64,000 bases of DNA from Mobula hypostoma (GCF_963921235.1 NC_086097.1:248498001-248562000), one strand, 5' to 3'; numbered from the stretch's first letter, positions 13,403-27,245 are shown. Notes: generated from the letters alone by a model not told the origin. Made by a program: numbers and translations.

Positions 13403-14644
13403 ACTGTTGGGTGGTCTGTAACATAGCCCCAATAACGTGGTCATACCTTTCTTATTTCTCAGTTCCACCTATAACACCTCACTAGTCAAGTTGTCCAGTC
13501 TGTCCTGACGGAGAACTGCTGTGACAGTTCCCTGACCCCTCCTCCTTTAATCCCTCCCACCTCATCACATCTAAAACAACAGAACCCTGCTCCTCCTGCA
13601 GCTAAGTCTCATTAATGACTACAACGTCATAACTCCAGGAGCTGATCCATGCCCTGAGCTCAGCTACCGTTCCAACTTCTTGCATTGACATATCGGCAGC
13701 TCAGGGCACAACACTCAGCCTTTTGATTCCTGAACTTGTCTGAGGTTTTACCAACGTCTGCCTGCACAACCCCTCCACCAACTGTTCTGGCACTCTGGTT
13801 CCCATCCCACTGCAACTCTAAGGATGCTGAGGACTTGATCTGAGACGTCCTGAGTCTTGGCAAAATACCATGCAGGAATCTTGTTCTTGTTCACAAACCC
13901 TCCTGTCCATTCCCCTAATGAATCCCCTATCACCACAGCGTGCTTCTTTTTCCCCCTTCCCTTCTGAATCACAGAGGCAGGCTCAGTGCCAAAGACCCAA
14001 CCACTGTGGCTTTCCTGTTAGTTCAATCCCCCCACCCACCAACATTATCCAAAGTGATATACCTGTTGTTGAGGGGGATGGCCACTGGCTCCTTTACCCC
14101 TTTCCCCTTCCTGACTGTCTCCCAGTTTCCTGTATCCTGCACCACAGGTGTAATTATCTCGCTATATGCCTTATCTATCACCCCTCCAAGTCTCCTGAAT
14201 GATCTGGAGTTCATCCAGTTCCAGCTCCAATTCCTTAATACAAATTGTTAGAAGCTGCAACTGGATGCACTTCTCGCAGTTGTAGTCGTCAGGGACACTG
14301 GAGATCTCCCTGCCTTCTCATATCCCTCAAGAAGAGCATTCAACTCCTCTGTATGACATCTCTACTGTCCTAGCTGAGCAGATATAAAGACAGGAAGGAG
14401 AAAAAAAACTCAACCTAGGGCTTTTCTTTTCTTTGCTTTCTCTGACTGACCCATCTCTTAGCTGAAGCCTCGGAGAGCTAAAGCCTCAAGAACACCACTC
14501 TGACTCCGTCTACTCAGACTAGGTCAGACAATGGACCTGAGTGAAATACCCTCCTCTCAAGCTTCCAATGTCCGGATTGGTCACTGGTCAAAGCTCTATT
14601 ATATAGAGGAATTTAACACATTAAAATACCCAATGATGACTTAT

Positions 14645-15203
14645 CAATGACTTATTGTGTACAGTTCTGGTCACCAAATTATAGGAAAGATGTCAGTAAA
14701 ATTGAGAGAGTACAGAGGAGGTTTACTAAAATGTTGCCTGGATTTCATCTCCTAAGTTACAGAGAAAGGTTGAACAAGTTAGGTCTATTCTTTGGAGCGT
14801 AGAAGGCTGAGGGAGGACCTGATGGAGGTGTTTAAAATTATGAGGGGGATTGACAGAGTTGATGTGGATAGGCTTTTTCCATTGAGAATGGGGGAGATTA
14901 AACAAGAGGACATGAGTTGAGAGTTAAAGGGCAAAAGTTTAGAGACAACATGAGGGGGAACTTCTTTACTCAGAGAGTGGTAGCTGTGTGGAACGAGCTT
15001 CCAGCAGAAGTGGTTGAGGCAGATTCGACATTGTCATGTAAAGTTAAATTGGACAGCTATATGGACAGGAAGGGAATGGAGGGTTATGGGCTGAGTGCAG
15101 GTCAGTGGGACTAGGTGAGAGTAAGAGTTCGGCATGGACTAGAAGGACCGAGATGGTCTGTTTCCCTGCTGTAATTGTTATATGGTTATATGTTATATGG
15201 TTA
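14645..15203 (+). mobile_element. CR1 3' fragment
   Basis: FFTQRVVAVWNELP and a (tatggtta)n tail. Confidence 0.88.
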
Positions 15204-15734
15204 TCAAGCAGAATATGATAATGATTTGTAACAGGAGATACAAAGAGAGTTCATGGAAAACTTGGATTTCATTTCAATAAAGGAGAAAAAGGCAGAGAGA
15301 TTTAGGAAATAAATACCAGAACTAAAGACTTTGCTAGCTAAAGATACAATTGACGTGGTGGAGAAATTAATTTGGAGACAAGAACCACGATTACAACATT
15401 GCAGCTGCATGATGGTTAAAGGGACGAGATTACAGAGTTTGAAAGGAACAAGGAAATTGAAGAATATGAAAACTAGACTGTATATCGAACAAACTCTTCT
15501 TGGGCTTCTAGCAAAGCACAGGTATTGATTTTAACCAATGTTTCAAAGACAAACTCTGCCTTGTTCATCTTTACCTGGACCCGACTGGAAGCCTGAGAAG
15601 AGTTTATTTGTCATAAGCACTGGATTCTTTCCCAAGACTGTATATTTTAGCATTGAAGTTTTGCTTACCTGTGAGCTGACTATAGGTCATTCAGCACAGG
15701 GCTATGGTGACAGGATGAGGCTTTCCTTTTCAGG

Positions 15735-16356
15735 TGTAATGCCCTGGTTCATATTTTTACTGTTGGGCTGTATGTATTTCATTTAGCAGTTCTGTAAGAG
15801 CAGTCTGCTCTGTTTTCAGCTTGTTTATTGTTGAAGATAAGAGATGAGGAGAAATGTGTGCCATCCAATTAGGATGGTCGAATTAAGGGGAGGCTTTTCT
15901 GGTGAGAGACACTAAGGTTGGAATTGGGGCTTCGGATTCAACAGGAAATGAAGAGGGAAGACACAGGAGAGAAGAGGTCGTACAATTTGACCCGGAGTAG
16001 GACCATGGTTCGACGAAGCCAGGAGTGAAATCAATTGAGGATTGGTGACTATGGAGAAACTTTGACCTCCAACTTGTGCACATTTGAGTGTTTCATTAAA
16101 ATGGGCCTTTTTCTTTTTTTTTGCTCTTTCCTTTACTAACCCTTTAGTCAGATTAAGATTCATAAATATCATCTTCTAATGGTATGCAGTGTACTATTTG
16201 TTATTTTGTTGCATCGATTTGTAACAGGGTAGCAAATTACACAGCATCGACACAAACAGGGGTTTGGGGTGGGAGACAGCCTCAATCTCATGAATTTGGC
16301 GGGGCCGGAGGTTGTTCTTCCCAGACTTACACAGCCAAGGAAACCAGGGGATTTCA
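15735..16356. mobile_element. Solo LTR (Gypsy or ERV)
   Basis: Termini TGTAAT...ATTTCA with 4-bp TSD CAGG (15731-15734 and 16357-16360). A related partial copy lies at ~47635-47956. Confidence 0.75.
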
Positions 16357-16360
16357 CAGG

Positions 16361-17650
16361 ACTTCAGAGATGTCCTCCTTATTCAAAGAACTGGGCTTCT
16401 CTTCCTCCATCATTGATACTACACATATCTGCATCTCCTCCATTTCTCAGATATCCACACTCATCGCATCTTTCCACCACCTTAACAGGGATAGAGTTCT
16501 TCTTGTCCTTACCAACCACCCCGTGAGCCTTCACATCTAATACATCATTTTCCACAACTTCCGCCATCTCCAAAGGGATCCGACCACCAAACACATCTTT
16601 ACCTCCCCCCACTCTCCACTTTCGCAGGGACTGCTCCCTTGTGATTCCCTTGTCCATTCATCCCTCCCCACTAATCTCCCTCCTGGCACTTACCCATGCA
16701 AGAGGCCAAAGTGCTACACCTGCCCATTCACCTCTCCCTTATCTATATTCAGTGCCCCAAACAGGTGAGACAACTTCACCTCTGAATCTGTTGGGGTCAT
16801 CCATTGTACCCAGTGTTCCTGATACAGCCTCCTCTGCATGGATGAGACCAGTCGTAAACTGGGGGACCGCTCTGTCAAGCACCTCCGCTTCACCTGCCAG
16901 AAACAGAATTTCCTGCTGGCCAATCATTTTAGTTCCAATTCCAACATGTCAGTACATGGCCTCCTCTTGTGTCACAATCAGACCACTGTCAGGGAGGAGC
17001 ACCACCTGGTATTTTGTCTGGGTAGCCTCCAATTTGAGGATAAGAACTATAATTTCTCCTTCTGATAATTTCTCCTTCTGGTCATTTCTTCCCTCCCCTT
17101 CTCTCTTTCTCTATTTCCCTGACCTTTCACATCATCTCACCTGCCTATCACCTCCACCTCCTCCTTCTCTTCCTCTTATGGTCCACTTCTCTCTCCAATC
17201 AGATTCCTTCCTCTCCCATCCTTTACCTTTCTTGGCATTCTTCCCCTTCCTTTCAGTCCTGAAGAAGGGTCTCGGCCTGAAGCATCAACTGTTTATTAAT
17301 TTCCATAGATGCTGCCTGACCTGCTGAGTTCCTCCAGCATTTTGTATATGTTGCTTTGGATTTCCAGCATCTGCAGAACCTCTTGTGTAGGTGATAGGTG
17401 AAATCAGAAGGGTGGGGATGGGTGATGAAGAAAGAAGCTGGGAGGTGAGAGGTGGAAAGTTAAAAGGCTGAAAAAGGAACCTGATAGAGGAGTGTGGACC
17501 ATGGGAGAAACGGAAGGAGGAGGGGCACCAGAGAGAGGTGTGAGGTGACAGGTAGGTGAGGAGAAGAGGTGAAGGGGGAACCAGAATGGGGAATAGAAGA
17601 TAAAAGGAGTGGGGAGGGCAGAAATTACCGGAAGTTAAGAGAAATCGATA
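16361..17650 (+). mobile_element. Penelope-like element with inverted 3' piece
   Basis: DRVLLVLT and GIY-YIG remnant, terminal motif at ~17255-17380, then an inverted purine-rich segment at 17386-17650. Confidence 0.75.
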
Positions 17651-17944
17651 TTCTCTGTGCTCACATTTGATAACCAAAATGGAGAGGTTTATTTGGATAA
17701 TATAAAATTGGAGCATGCCACTGCATTATTTACTGTGTAACCAAAAAGGCACAAACTGGAAAAATATGCAAACAACAAAAAATATGCAACTGTTTTAGCA
17801 CTGAAGGACCACTGGAATAATTATTGTGTTAATATTCAAATTCAGAGAATAAAAAGTTAAGCTGCCACTTGCTAAATTACTCCTGTGTCTATCTGATACA
17901 AATAGTATCTTGCTTTTGATTATTATTGCACATTAATGATGTAG

Positions 17945-18950
17945 CTCATGCTCTCCTCTTGCTGCTGCCATCGGGAAAGTGGTACAGGAGTCTCAGGACT
18001 CACACCGCATGGTTCAAGAACAGTTACTACTGTTCAACCATCAGGTTCCTAAATGAAAGTGGATAACTTCGTTCGCCTCATCATTGTCATGTTCCCACAG
18101 CCTATGGATTCATTTTCAAAGACCAGACCATGTCATGATGCAACCAGTCAGGATACTCTCTGCCGTGCATCTATAGAAGTTTGTCAAAGTTTTAGATGTC
18201 ATACTGAATCTCTGCAAACTTCCAAGAAAGTAGAAGCGCTGCACTGCCTTATCTGAAATGGCATTTAGATGCTCAACCCATGACAGATCCTCTGAAATGA
18301 TAACGCCAAGGAATTTAAAGTAACTCACCCTGTCACTCCCTCCTCCTGTACTCAATAATCAAATCACTGGTTCTGCCGATGTTTTTGTGGTACTATTCAA
18401 TCCTCCTCCTGTACGCTGATTCGTCACCACCTTTGATTCAGCCAACAACAGTGGTGTCACCAGCAAACTTATATATGGAGCTGTACTTAGCTTCACAGTC
18501 ATAAGTATAAAGCGAATAGATCAGGTTGGAGGCTATGCAGATGGAATATGAGGTGTTGCTCCTCCAATCTGAGAGTGGCCTCATTGTGGCAGTAAAGGAG
18601 GTCGTGGACAAACATGTCGGAATGGGAAATAGAATTAAAAGTGTAAACTGCATGTATTTCACTAGTGGTTATTAGAGCACTAGGGCACAGAAGCAGGCCC
18701 CTCAGCACATCCAGACTATGCAAAACCATTATTCTGGCTAGTCCCATTGACCTGCAATAGAACCATAACCCTCCACAATCCGCAGCCACCACTTTTGCTG
18801 GCAGCTTGTTTATATTTGCAGAGTTTGCCTTCTGTACTCTTTCACTGATCTTGTTATACTTGCTATTTTATAGATTTATTGAGTATGCCTGCAGGAAATG
18901 AATCTCAGGTTTGCATATGGTGTCATACATGTACTTTGATAATAAGATTA
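17945..18950. mobile_element. Mixed L2/Rex1-like, Penelope and CR1 fragments
   Basis: FKFLGVIISEDLSW, NFYRCTAESILTGCI and KFAGDTTVVG on the minus strand, with other short repeat pieces. Confidence 0.6.
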
Positions 18951-19559
18951 TTAACTAAATGTGTGTGAAAATGGCTTATTAGCTTAATATATAAGACATT
19001 GAGTATGCCTACCAGCATAAATACATATAAATCTTTCATCTGCAGTATCATTCTAGGCCAGCACACCTTTTGAATGATTAAAAAATCTGGAGTTATCCAG
19101 ATATGTTTCATAACGACCGGAATATCCACAAAATGAGTTATCTGTCTCAGGCTGACATTTATTTTGAAAGCTGATTAGAGGTCACATTAGATACAGCTTT
19201 CGAAAGCCTTATTTCTGTGTATCCTGAGCAATGGGATGCCACTCGCCCAGTTCAAATCTCTTGTGCCTGTAATATTTGTGTGACTAAATGACAAGCTCTG
19301 AATCACTCTTATTGAGAACACTGAAAAATCTACAAGGGTTTAATGTCTTTCCATTATTACGAGGATCCAAGCGCAGACTGAAGAAGACAACTGTGCAAAT
19401 GCAAATGCAAATATAAATAGTAACAGATAACAAGAAGATGAGATTTATTGGATTCTGCAGATGTTGTAAATCCAAAGTAACATACATAAAATGCTGGAGG
19501 AACTCCGCAGGCCAGGCAGCATCCATGCAAAGGCACGAGAAAGAATAAGACAAGAGAAC

Positions 19560-20080
19560 CTCATAGAGAGATCAGAAGTGGAAAGAGTGAGCAATTGCAA
19601 ATTCCTGGGTGTCAATATCTCTGAGGATCTAACCTGGACCCAACATATCAATACAGCCTCAAAGAAGGTATGACAACAGCTATATTTCATTAGGAGTTTG
19701 AGAAGATTCGGTATGTCACCAAAACACTCGCAAATGTCTGTTTGGGACTATTCTAACTGGCTGCATCACCGTCTGGCTTTGGGGGGGGGGGAGGTTACCA
19801 CACAGGATCAAAATAAACTGCAGGGAGTTGTAACCTTAGTCAGCTCCATCATGGGCACTAGCCTCCGTAGTATCCAGGGCACCTTCAAGGAGCGATGCCT
19901 CAAAAAGGCGGCATCCATCACTACGGACCCCCATGCCCTCCTCTCATTGCTACCATCGGGAAGGAGGTACACAAGCGTGAAAGCGCACACACACTGATTC
20001 AAGAACAGCTTCTTCCCCTCCCCTCCCCTCTGCCATTACGAATTGCAATGTACTGCCGGGGAATTAAACCTGACTCTGAG
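19560..20080 (+). mobile_element. Rex1/L2-like LINE 3' fragment
   Basis: KFLGVNISEDLTWTQHI and LLPSGRRY motifs. Confidence 0.7.
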
Positions 20081-20351
20081 ACAGGTCGACATTTCGGACC
20101 AAGACCCTTCAAAAGGACTCATAATAATTTATTATAAGTATTATATAATCATTATATTATACAATAATTTACAGAATAGTAATTGGAAATTTCTACCACC
20201 TTCCATGGCATTCTATTAAAAATTATGGCAGGCGGAAGTCCTGATGAAGGGTCCCGGCTGTTTATTTCCCTCCAAAGACGAGGCCGACAGCATTTTGTGT
20301 GCGTTGCCCTTCAGTCACCTTTTCCCATTAAAAATAAACACCATTCCTTAC

Positions 20352-20425
20352 CGGTTCCGATCCCGCTGTCGCCACTCTCCGGCCGACGGTAACCGAACAG
20401 CCGCCACTCTCCGGCCTGACCCCTG
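20352..20425 (-). other. CCDC127: Probable non-coding exon 1 of CCDC127
   Basis: Minus-strand donor CCG|GTAAGG at 20352/20351 on the edge of a small CpG-rich island. Human CCDC127 has a non-coding first exon facing SDHA. The TSS position is approximate. Confidence 0.7.
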
Positions 20426-20515
20426 ACCCGCGCCGTGACGTCAGCCGCGGCCGCCGTTCGCGTCACCCGCCCAGGGACCCCAAAATGGCGACTCGTTGCT
20501 TAGCAACGGTGCGAT
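20352..20515. promoter_or_regulatory. Small CpG island, promoter copy A (CCDC127 side)
   Basis: Dense CpG in a CpG-depleted background. Palindromic CRE TGACGTCA at 20436-20443, YY1-like AAAATGGCG at 20482-20490, RFX X-box-like palindrome CGTTGCTTAGCAACG at 20494-20508. Confidence 0.8.
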
Positions 20516-20520
20516 CTCTG
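20485..20520 (+). pseudogene. Degenerate duplicate of SDHA coding exon 1
   Basis: ATGGCGACTCGTTGCTTAGCAACGGTGCGATCTCTG aligns without gaps to SDHA exon 1 (46947-46982) at 27/36 nt. The donor position reads GCAGTT instead of GTAAGT, and an in-frame TAA follows shortly. Confidence 0.7.
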
Positions 20521-20789
20521 GCAGTTTTATAAACTTCAGATTCTGCAGATGTTGAAATCCAGAGCAACAAACAAACGCATAGAATGCTGGAGGAACTCAG
20601 CAGGTCAGGCAGCATCTATTTCAGATGTTATGTTGTTATGTTCTTATTGAAAGTTTACCGGCGATCCCCATGCAGACTGGTGAGGATGTTCTGATGGTGG
20701 TGTTACCGGTGTTTGCGTTGCTGTTCACTGGTTCCAAGGCTATTCAGGTTACGAAGCTATTTCGGGAGGGCATGTGGTGGGCAAGAGGA

Positions 20790-22270
20790 GGAACATATAC
20801 CCCAGGCTGCTCTGGGAACCGAGGGAAGAGATTGCTGCGCCTCTGGCGATTATTTTTGCATCATCTATAGGGACGGGAGAAGTACTGGAGGATTGGAGGG
20901 TTGCAAATGTTCCCTTGTTCAATAAAGGGAGTAGATATAACTCAGGAAATTATAGACCAGTGAGTCTTAATAGATGTAATCTGATTAGGGGTAGTCAGCA
21001 GGGCTTTGTCAAGGGCAGGTCGTACCTTACGAGCCTGATTGAATTCTTTGAGGCTGGAACAAAACACATCGATGAAGGTAGAACAGTGGAAGTAGTGTAT
21101 ATGGATTTACGTAAGGCACTTGATAAGGTTTCCCATGCAAGGCTCATTCAGGAAGTAATGAGGCATGGGATCCAAGGAGACCTTGCTTTGTGGATCCAGA
21201 ATTGGCTTGCCCACAGAAGGCAAAGGATGGTTGCGGATGGTTCATATTCTGCGTGGAGGATGGTGACCAGTGGTGTTCCACAGGGATCTGTTTTGGAACC
21301 CCTCCTCTTTGTGATTTTTATAAATGACCTGGATGAGAAAGTAGAAGGGTGGGTTAGGAAGTTTGCTGATGATACAAAAGTTGGGGGTGTTGTGGATAGT
21401 CTGGAGGGTTGTTACAGGTTTCAGCGGGACATTCATAGGAAGTCGAACTGTGCTGAGAAGTGGCAGATGGAGTTCAACCCAGATAAGTGTGAAGTGGTTC
21501 ATTTCAGTAGGTCAAGTTTCAAGACAGAGTATAATATTAATGTTAAGACTCTTGGCAGTTTGGAGGATCAGCGAGATTTTGGGGTCTATCTCTATAGGAC
21601 ACTCAAAGCTGCTGCACAGGTTGACAGTGTTGTTAAGAAGGTGTGTGGTATGTTGGCATTCATCAACTGGGACTGAGTTCAAGAGCCATGAGGTAACGTT
21701 ACAGCTGTATAAGGACTTAGTTAAACACCACTTGGAGTCCTGTGTTCAGTTCTGGTCACCTCACTACAAGATGGATGTGGATACTATAGAGAGAGTGCAG
21801 AGGAGATTTACAAGGGTGTTGCCTGGATTGGAGAGCATGTCTTATGAGAATAAATTGAGTGAACTTGGCCTTTTCTCCTCGGAGTGATGGAGGATGAGAG
21901 GTGACCTGACAGAGGTGTATAAGATGATGAAAGGCATTGATCGTGTGGATAGCCAGAGGCTTTTTCCCAGCTCTGAAATTGAACACAAGAGGGCACAGTT
22001 TTAAGGTGCTTGGAAGTAGTTACAAGGGGGATGTGAGAGGTAAGTTTTTCACACAAAGAGTGGTGTGTGCATGGAATGCACTGCTGGTGGCAGTTGTGGA
22101 AGTGGAGACAGTAGGGTCTTTTAAGAGACTCTTAGGAAAATGGAGCTTAGAAAAATAGAGGGCTATGCACTAGGGAAATTCTAGGCAGTTTCTAGAGCAG
22201 GTTACATGGTCAGCATAACATTATAGGCCGAAGTGCCTGTAATGTGCTGTAGATTTCCTATGTTCTATGA
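20790..22270 (+). mobile_element. CR1 LINE RT fragment
   Basis: 300-aa ORF with EDWRVANVPLF, SQQGFVKGRS, GVPQGSVL and FADDTK, plus a CR1 tail. Confidence 0.92.
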
Positions 22271-22800
22271 TCTCTAAGAGGGTGGTGGGTGGGTGGGTGG
22301 GGTGGGGGTGATGTGTGGAAGTCCCCTTTGTATATCATAGTTGATACTGTACAGATATTTGTATCTGTTAGAAGTAGTAGTAAATCAGGCTTATAAACAC
22401 TTTGAATGGATATACAAGGACATGGCCGATAGGGGCGGGGTGGGGGGGGGGATGATTTTTCACTTTGGTACACGTAACAGAAGAGAAGAGCATTGTTAAG
22501 TGATGAGAGATTGGATGGTGATGCGGCTAATATGGACTAAAGTCTGTATGTATGCAGAACATTGAAGGCCAAAATATAGCAGCAGCAAGCACCAAACAGG
22601 ACAAGTGATATGTTGATACCAACTGTTTTGTTTGCTACATTCATGTATGGTTGAATGATAATTATACTTGAACTTGAAATTTCACAAATAAGCTTCACAG
22701 CATATACCAGTGATATTAAACCTAATTCTGATGCTGAAGAATAAGGAAGTCTTACCACAATGGAATGGAACTTGGTGAGACCACATCTGGTGTTGTATAT

Positions 22801-23172
22801 CATCATCATCATTATGTGCCATGTCGTGGGTGATCATGCTCTTTGAACCATAATTGTCCTTCGCAAATTTTTCTACAGAAGTGGCTTGCCATTACCACCT
22901 CTGGGCAGTGTTCGTACAAGATGGATGGTCTCAGCCATTATCAATATTCTTCAGAGATGGTCTGCTTGGTGTTAGTGGTCACATAACCAGGACTTGTGAT
23001 AGGCACCAGCTGCTCATATGGCCATCCACCACCTGGTCCAGTGGCTTCATGTGACCCTGATCGGGGGGTCTAAGCAGGTGCTACGCCTTATCCAAGGGTG
23101 ATCTGCAGATTAGGGGAGGGAAGGAGTGCCTTGCACTCCTTTGGTAAAGACGTATCTCTACCCTACCACGCC
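22801..23172 (-). mobile_element. RTE/BovB-derived short non-autonomous element
   Basis: (GAT)n tail at 22801. Motif agaagtggcttgccattacc resembles the BovB/Sauria-SINE segment. Confidence 0.55.
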
Positions 23173-23327
23173 GGTGTTATTTATGGGGAATGCTTTAAGC
23201 TTTCCAGGCTGATTGGTTTTGCAAAATGAAGAGAGACTAAATGGACTGGGCATGTATTCTGTGGAGCTAAGGAGAATAGATCTCACTGAACTTGATAGGC
23301 TAGATGCAAGGAATCTTAGATAAAGAC

Positions 23328-23905
23328 ATCATCATCGTCAAGTGCCTGTTTCGCCACTGACATTTAGGGGCAACAATGAAGTTCCTCCATCTCTGTCTGT
23401 CCTAGGGCATCTTCTCTATTGTGTGGCATGTTTGGTTCAGGATCCTCATTTCTTCCTCCATGTAATGGCACTGGTTTGTCTTTGGTATCACGCGTTTCCT
23501 TCACCATTCAATGCAGTGCTGTCTTGATGATCGAGTTGGCCTCTCTTCTTGTCTTAATCTTGGCAGTATTCAGGGCTTCCTTTATCGTGCTAGTAGCTTC
23601 CTCTTGGTTTTCACTACTGTCAGTCATGCAAATCGCAGGTGGAGACTCAGGAATACCGTCGCACATCGTCGCATAGGATTTTTCATTGCGGTTTCCATAA
23701 CAATCTGTTTTTTGAGCAGTCAGGGTTGTTAGCCCTGAGCTGAACCCCTGAACCTAGAGGACTGATGGACTAATTTTAGTCTGGCTTCTACCCTTTGACC
23801 TGTTTGGCAGAGGTGACCCTACCGAGAATCAAAGCTCAAGGCCCTGACACCAGCCAGCATAACTCTCTGGATCATTGAGGCACACAAGCCTCCAGAACAC
23901 AACAA
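23328..23905 (-). mobile_element. RTE-clade internally deleted element
   Basis: (GAT)n tail, RTE-like 3' end, and the RTE 5'-UTR-like motif ccctttgacctgtttggc...gaccctacc. Confidence 0.55.
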
Positions 23906-24457
23906 GGTTGTGGTCCTCTTGGAGGGAGATCAACGATCCATTTATTATCAAAGTGCACAACTCTGAAATTATTTTTCTCCAGCTAGCCACGAAACCAAAA
24001 AAGAACAGCAGCATGGTCATCAGCTCCCAAATCCCTCTTTGCTGCAAAAAAAAACAGAAGTGGAACAGGCACATCGACTCCCAAATCTCCTTCCCCCACA
24101 CACAAAAAAAATGAGAAAGATCAGGCGGAAAGCACAGTATATAAAAAACCAGGGGGAAAAGAAGTCTATAGTCCAAGTTCATATCAAAAATGCAGAAAAC
24201 CTGAATAACAGGCAGATAAAGACACTAGATCATTAACACTCCCACAGACCTACCATTCACTGTCCAATGAAGACATGAGGGAATGCAGGTGCTGGAAGCT
24301 GGAGCCACAGCCTGTCCATCAGTATCAAAAACATTAGTAGGGAAAGGTGTGAGATCCTTCAAACAGAGTTTAAAGAATATAAGAGAGGTAGGAAGCAGGA
24401 CCTGAAAGGTTGTGATGTCTGGATTTCTTCTGGTGCCATGTGCGAGTACATATGGAA

Positions 24458-24537
24458 CAGGGGTTCCCAACCATTTTTATGCCATAGATCCCTACCATTA
24501 ACTGAGGGATCAGTGGACCCCAGGATGGGAACCCCTG
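24458..24537. mobile_element. 80-bp hAT/Charlie-like MITE
   Basis: TIRs CAGGGGTTCCCA ... TGGGAACCCCTG. Confidence 0.75.
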
Positions 24538-24817
24538 GAGTAGAGATAAAATGATGAGTCTATGGCTGGAGTGATGATACAGAAGGGCCATTGCTCAGGC
24601 GTCTTTTCCTAAGATGGTGCTGCGTACGGCAGCCGTGTTGCAAGCTCCATACCAACTTTAGAGTGTACTGCTAATTTCTGCGATCTCCTTCGCATTTCTA
24701 GTTCAAGAGGCTGATAGTCACGTCAGATGTGATCAACGAACTCTCCTGAACATCAGTAAGACGCCATTTATCCACAACATGCTGCCTTTCCTACACTGGG
24801 AACCCCTGCTTACGTAA

Positions 24818-27245
24818 TAGAAACATAGAAACATAGAAAATAGGTGTAGGAGTAGGCCATTCGGCCCTTCGAGTCTGCACCGCCATTTATTATGATCATG
24901 GCTGATCATCCAACTCAGAACCCTGCACCAGCCTTCCCTCCATACCCCCTGATCCCTGTAGCCACAAGGGCCATATCTAACTCCCTCTTAAATATAGCCA
25001 ATGAACTGGCCTCAACTGTTTCCTGTGGCAGAGAATTCCACAGATTCACCACTCTCTGTGTGAAGAAGTTTTTCCTCATCTCAGTCTTAAAAGGCTTCCC
25101 CTTTATCCTCAGACTGTGACCCCTCGTTCTGGACTTCCCCAACATCGGGAACAATCTTCCTGCATCTAGCCTGCCCAAGCCCTTTAGGATTTTATACATT
25201 TCAATCAGATCCCCCCTCAATCTTCTAAATTCCAACGAGTACAAGCCTAGTTCATCCAGTCTTTCTTCATATGAAAGTCCTGCCATCCCAGGAATCAATC
25301 TGGTGAACCTTCTTTGTACTCCCTCTATGGCAAGGATGTCTTTCCTCAGATTAGGGGACCAAAACTGCACACAATACTCCAGGTGTGGTCTCACCAAGGC
25401 CTTGTACAACTGCAGTAGTACCTCCCTGCTCCTGTACTCGAATCCTCTCGCTATAAATGCCAGCATACCATTTGCCTTTTTCACCGCCTGCTGTACCTGC
25501 ATGCCCACTTTCAATGACTGGTGTATAATGACACCCAGGTCTCATTGCACCTCCCCTTTTCCTAATCGGCCACCATTCAGATAATAATCTGTTTTCCTAT
25601 TTTTGACCCCAAAGTGGATAACTTCACATTTATCCACATTAAATTGCATCCGCCATGAATTTGCCCACTCACCCAACCTATCCAAGTCACCCTGCATCCT
25701 CTTAGCATCCTCCTCACAGCTAACACTGCCACCCAGCTTCGTGTCATCCGCAAACTTGGAGATGCTGCATTTAATTCCCTCATCCAAGTCATTAATATAT
25801 TGTAAACAACTGGGGTCCCAGCACTGAGCCTTGCGGTACCCCACTAGTCACTGCCTGCCATTCTGAAAAGGTCCCGTTTCTTCCCACTCTTTACTTCCTG
25901 TCTGCTAACCAATTCTCTATCCACATCAATACCTTACCCCCAATACCGTGTGCTTTAAGTTTGCACACTAATCTCCTGTGTGGGACCTTGTCAAAAGCCT
26001 TTTGAAAATCCAAATATACCACATCCACTGGTTCTCCCCTATCCACTCTACTAGTTACATCCTCAAAAAATTCTATGAGATTCGTCAGACATGATTTTCC
26101 TTTCACAAATCCATGCTGACTTTGTCCGATGATTTCACCGCTTTCCAAATGTGCTGTTATCACATCTTTGATAACTGACTCCAGCAGTTTCCCCACCACC
26201 GACGTTCGGCTAACCGGTCTATAATTCCCCAGTTTCTCTCTCCCTCCTTTTTTAAAAAGTGGGGTTACATTAGCCACCCTCCAATCCTCAGGAACTAGTC
26301 CAGAATCTAACGAGTTTTGAAAAATTATCACTAATGCATCCACTATTTCTTGGGCTACTTCCTTAAGCACTCTGGGATGCAGACCATCTGGCCCTGGGGA
26401 TTTATCTGCCTTTAATCCATTCAATTTACCTAACACCACTTCCCTACTAACATGTATTTTGCTCAGTTCCTCCATCTCACTGGACCCTCTGTCCCCTACT
26501 ATTTCTGGAAGATTATTTATGTCCTCCTTAGTGAAGACAGAACCAAAGTAATTATTCAATTGGTCTGCCATGTCCTTGCTCCCCATAATCAATTCACCTG
26601 TTTCTGTCTGTAGGGGACCTACATTTGTCTTTACCAGTCTTTTCCTTTTTACATATCTATAAAAGCTTTTACAGTCAGTTTTTATGTTCCCTGCCAGTTT
26701 TCTCTCATAATCTTTTTTCCCCTTCCTAATTAAGCCCTTTGTCCTCCTCTGCTGAACTCTGAATTTCTCCCAGTCCTCAGGTGAGCCACTTTTTCTGGCT
26801 AATTTGTATGCTTCTTCTTTGGAATTGATACTATCCCTAATTTCTCTTGTCAGCCACGGGTGCACTACCTTCCTTGATTTATTCTTTTGCCAAACTGGGA
26901 TGAACAATTGTTGTAGTTCATCCATGCAATCTTTAAATACTTGCTATTGCATATCCACCGTCAATCCTTTAAGTGTCATTTTCCAGTCTATCTTAGCTAA
27001 TTCACGTCTCATACCTTCAAAGTTACCCCTCTTTAAGTTCAGAACCTTTGTTTCTGAATTAACTATGTCACTCTCCATCTTAATGAAGAATTCCACCATA
27101 TTATGACCACTCTTACCCAAGGGGCCTCTCACGACAAGATTGCTAATTAACCCTTCCTCATTGCTCAAAACCCAGTCTAGAATAGCCTGCTCTCTGGTTG
27201 GTTCCTCAACATGTTGGTTCAAAAAACCATCCCGCATACATTCCA
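24818..27245 (-). mobile_element. Young CR1 LINE (partial APE, RT, 3' tail) inserted in a Rex1-like LINE
   Basis: Long ORFs (344 and 199 aa) with KSPGPDGLHPRVLKE, YLDFQKAFDKVPH and FADDTKL, and a tandem (TTTCTATG)n tail at 24818-24840. Confidence 0.95.

Larger units (their letters stand above)
10975..14350 (-). mobile_element. Old fragmented CR1 LINE (ORF1 to RT), host to nested insertions
   Basis: Minus-strand motifs in collinear order: AIPLNNRYITLD (ORF1), VVIGDS, YRPPNS, KGFYRYVKSKR, EDWRTASVVVLFKKG, SQQGFVCGRSCLTNL. Confidence 0.8.
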
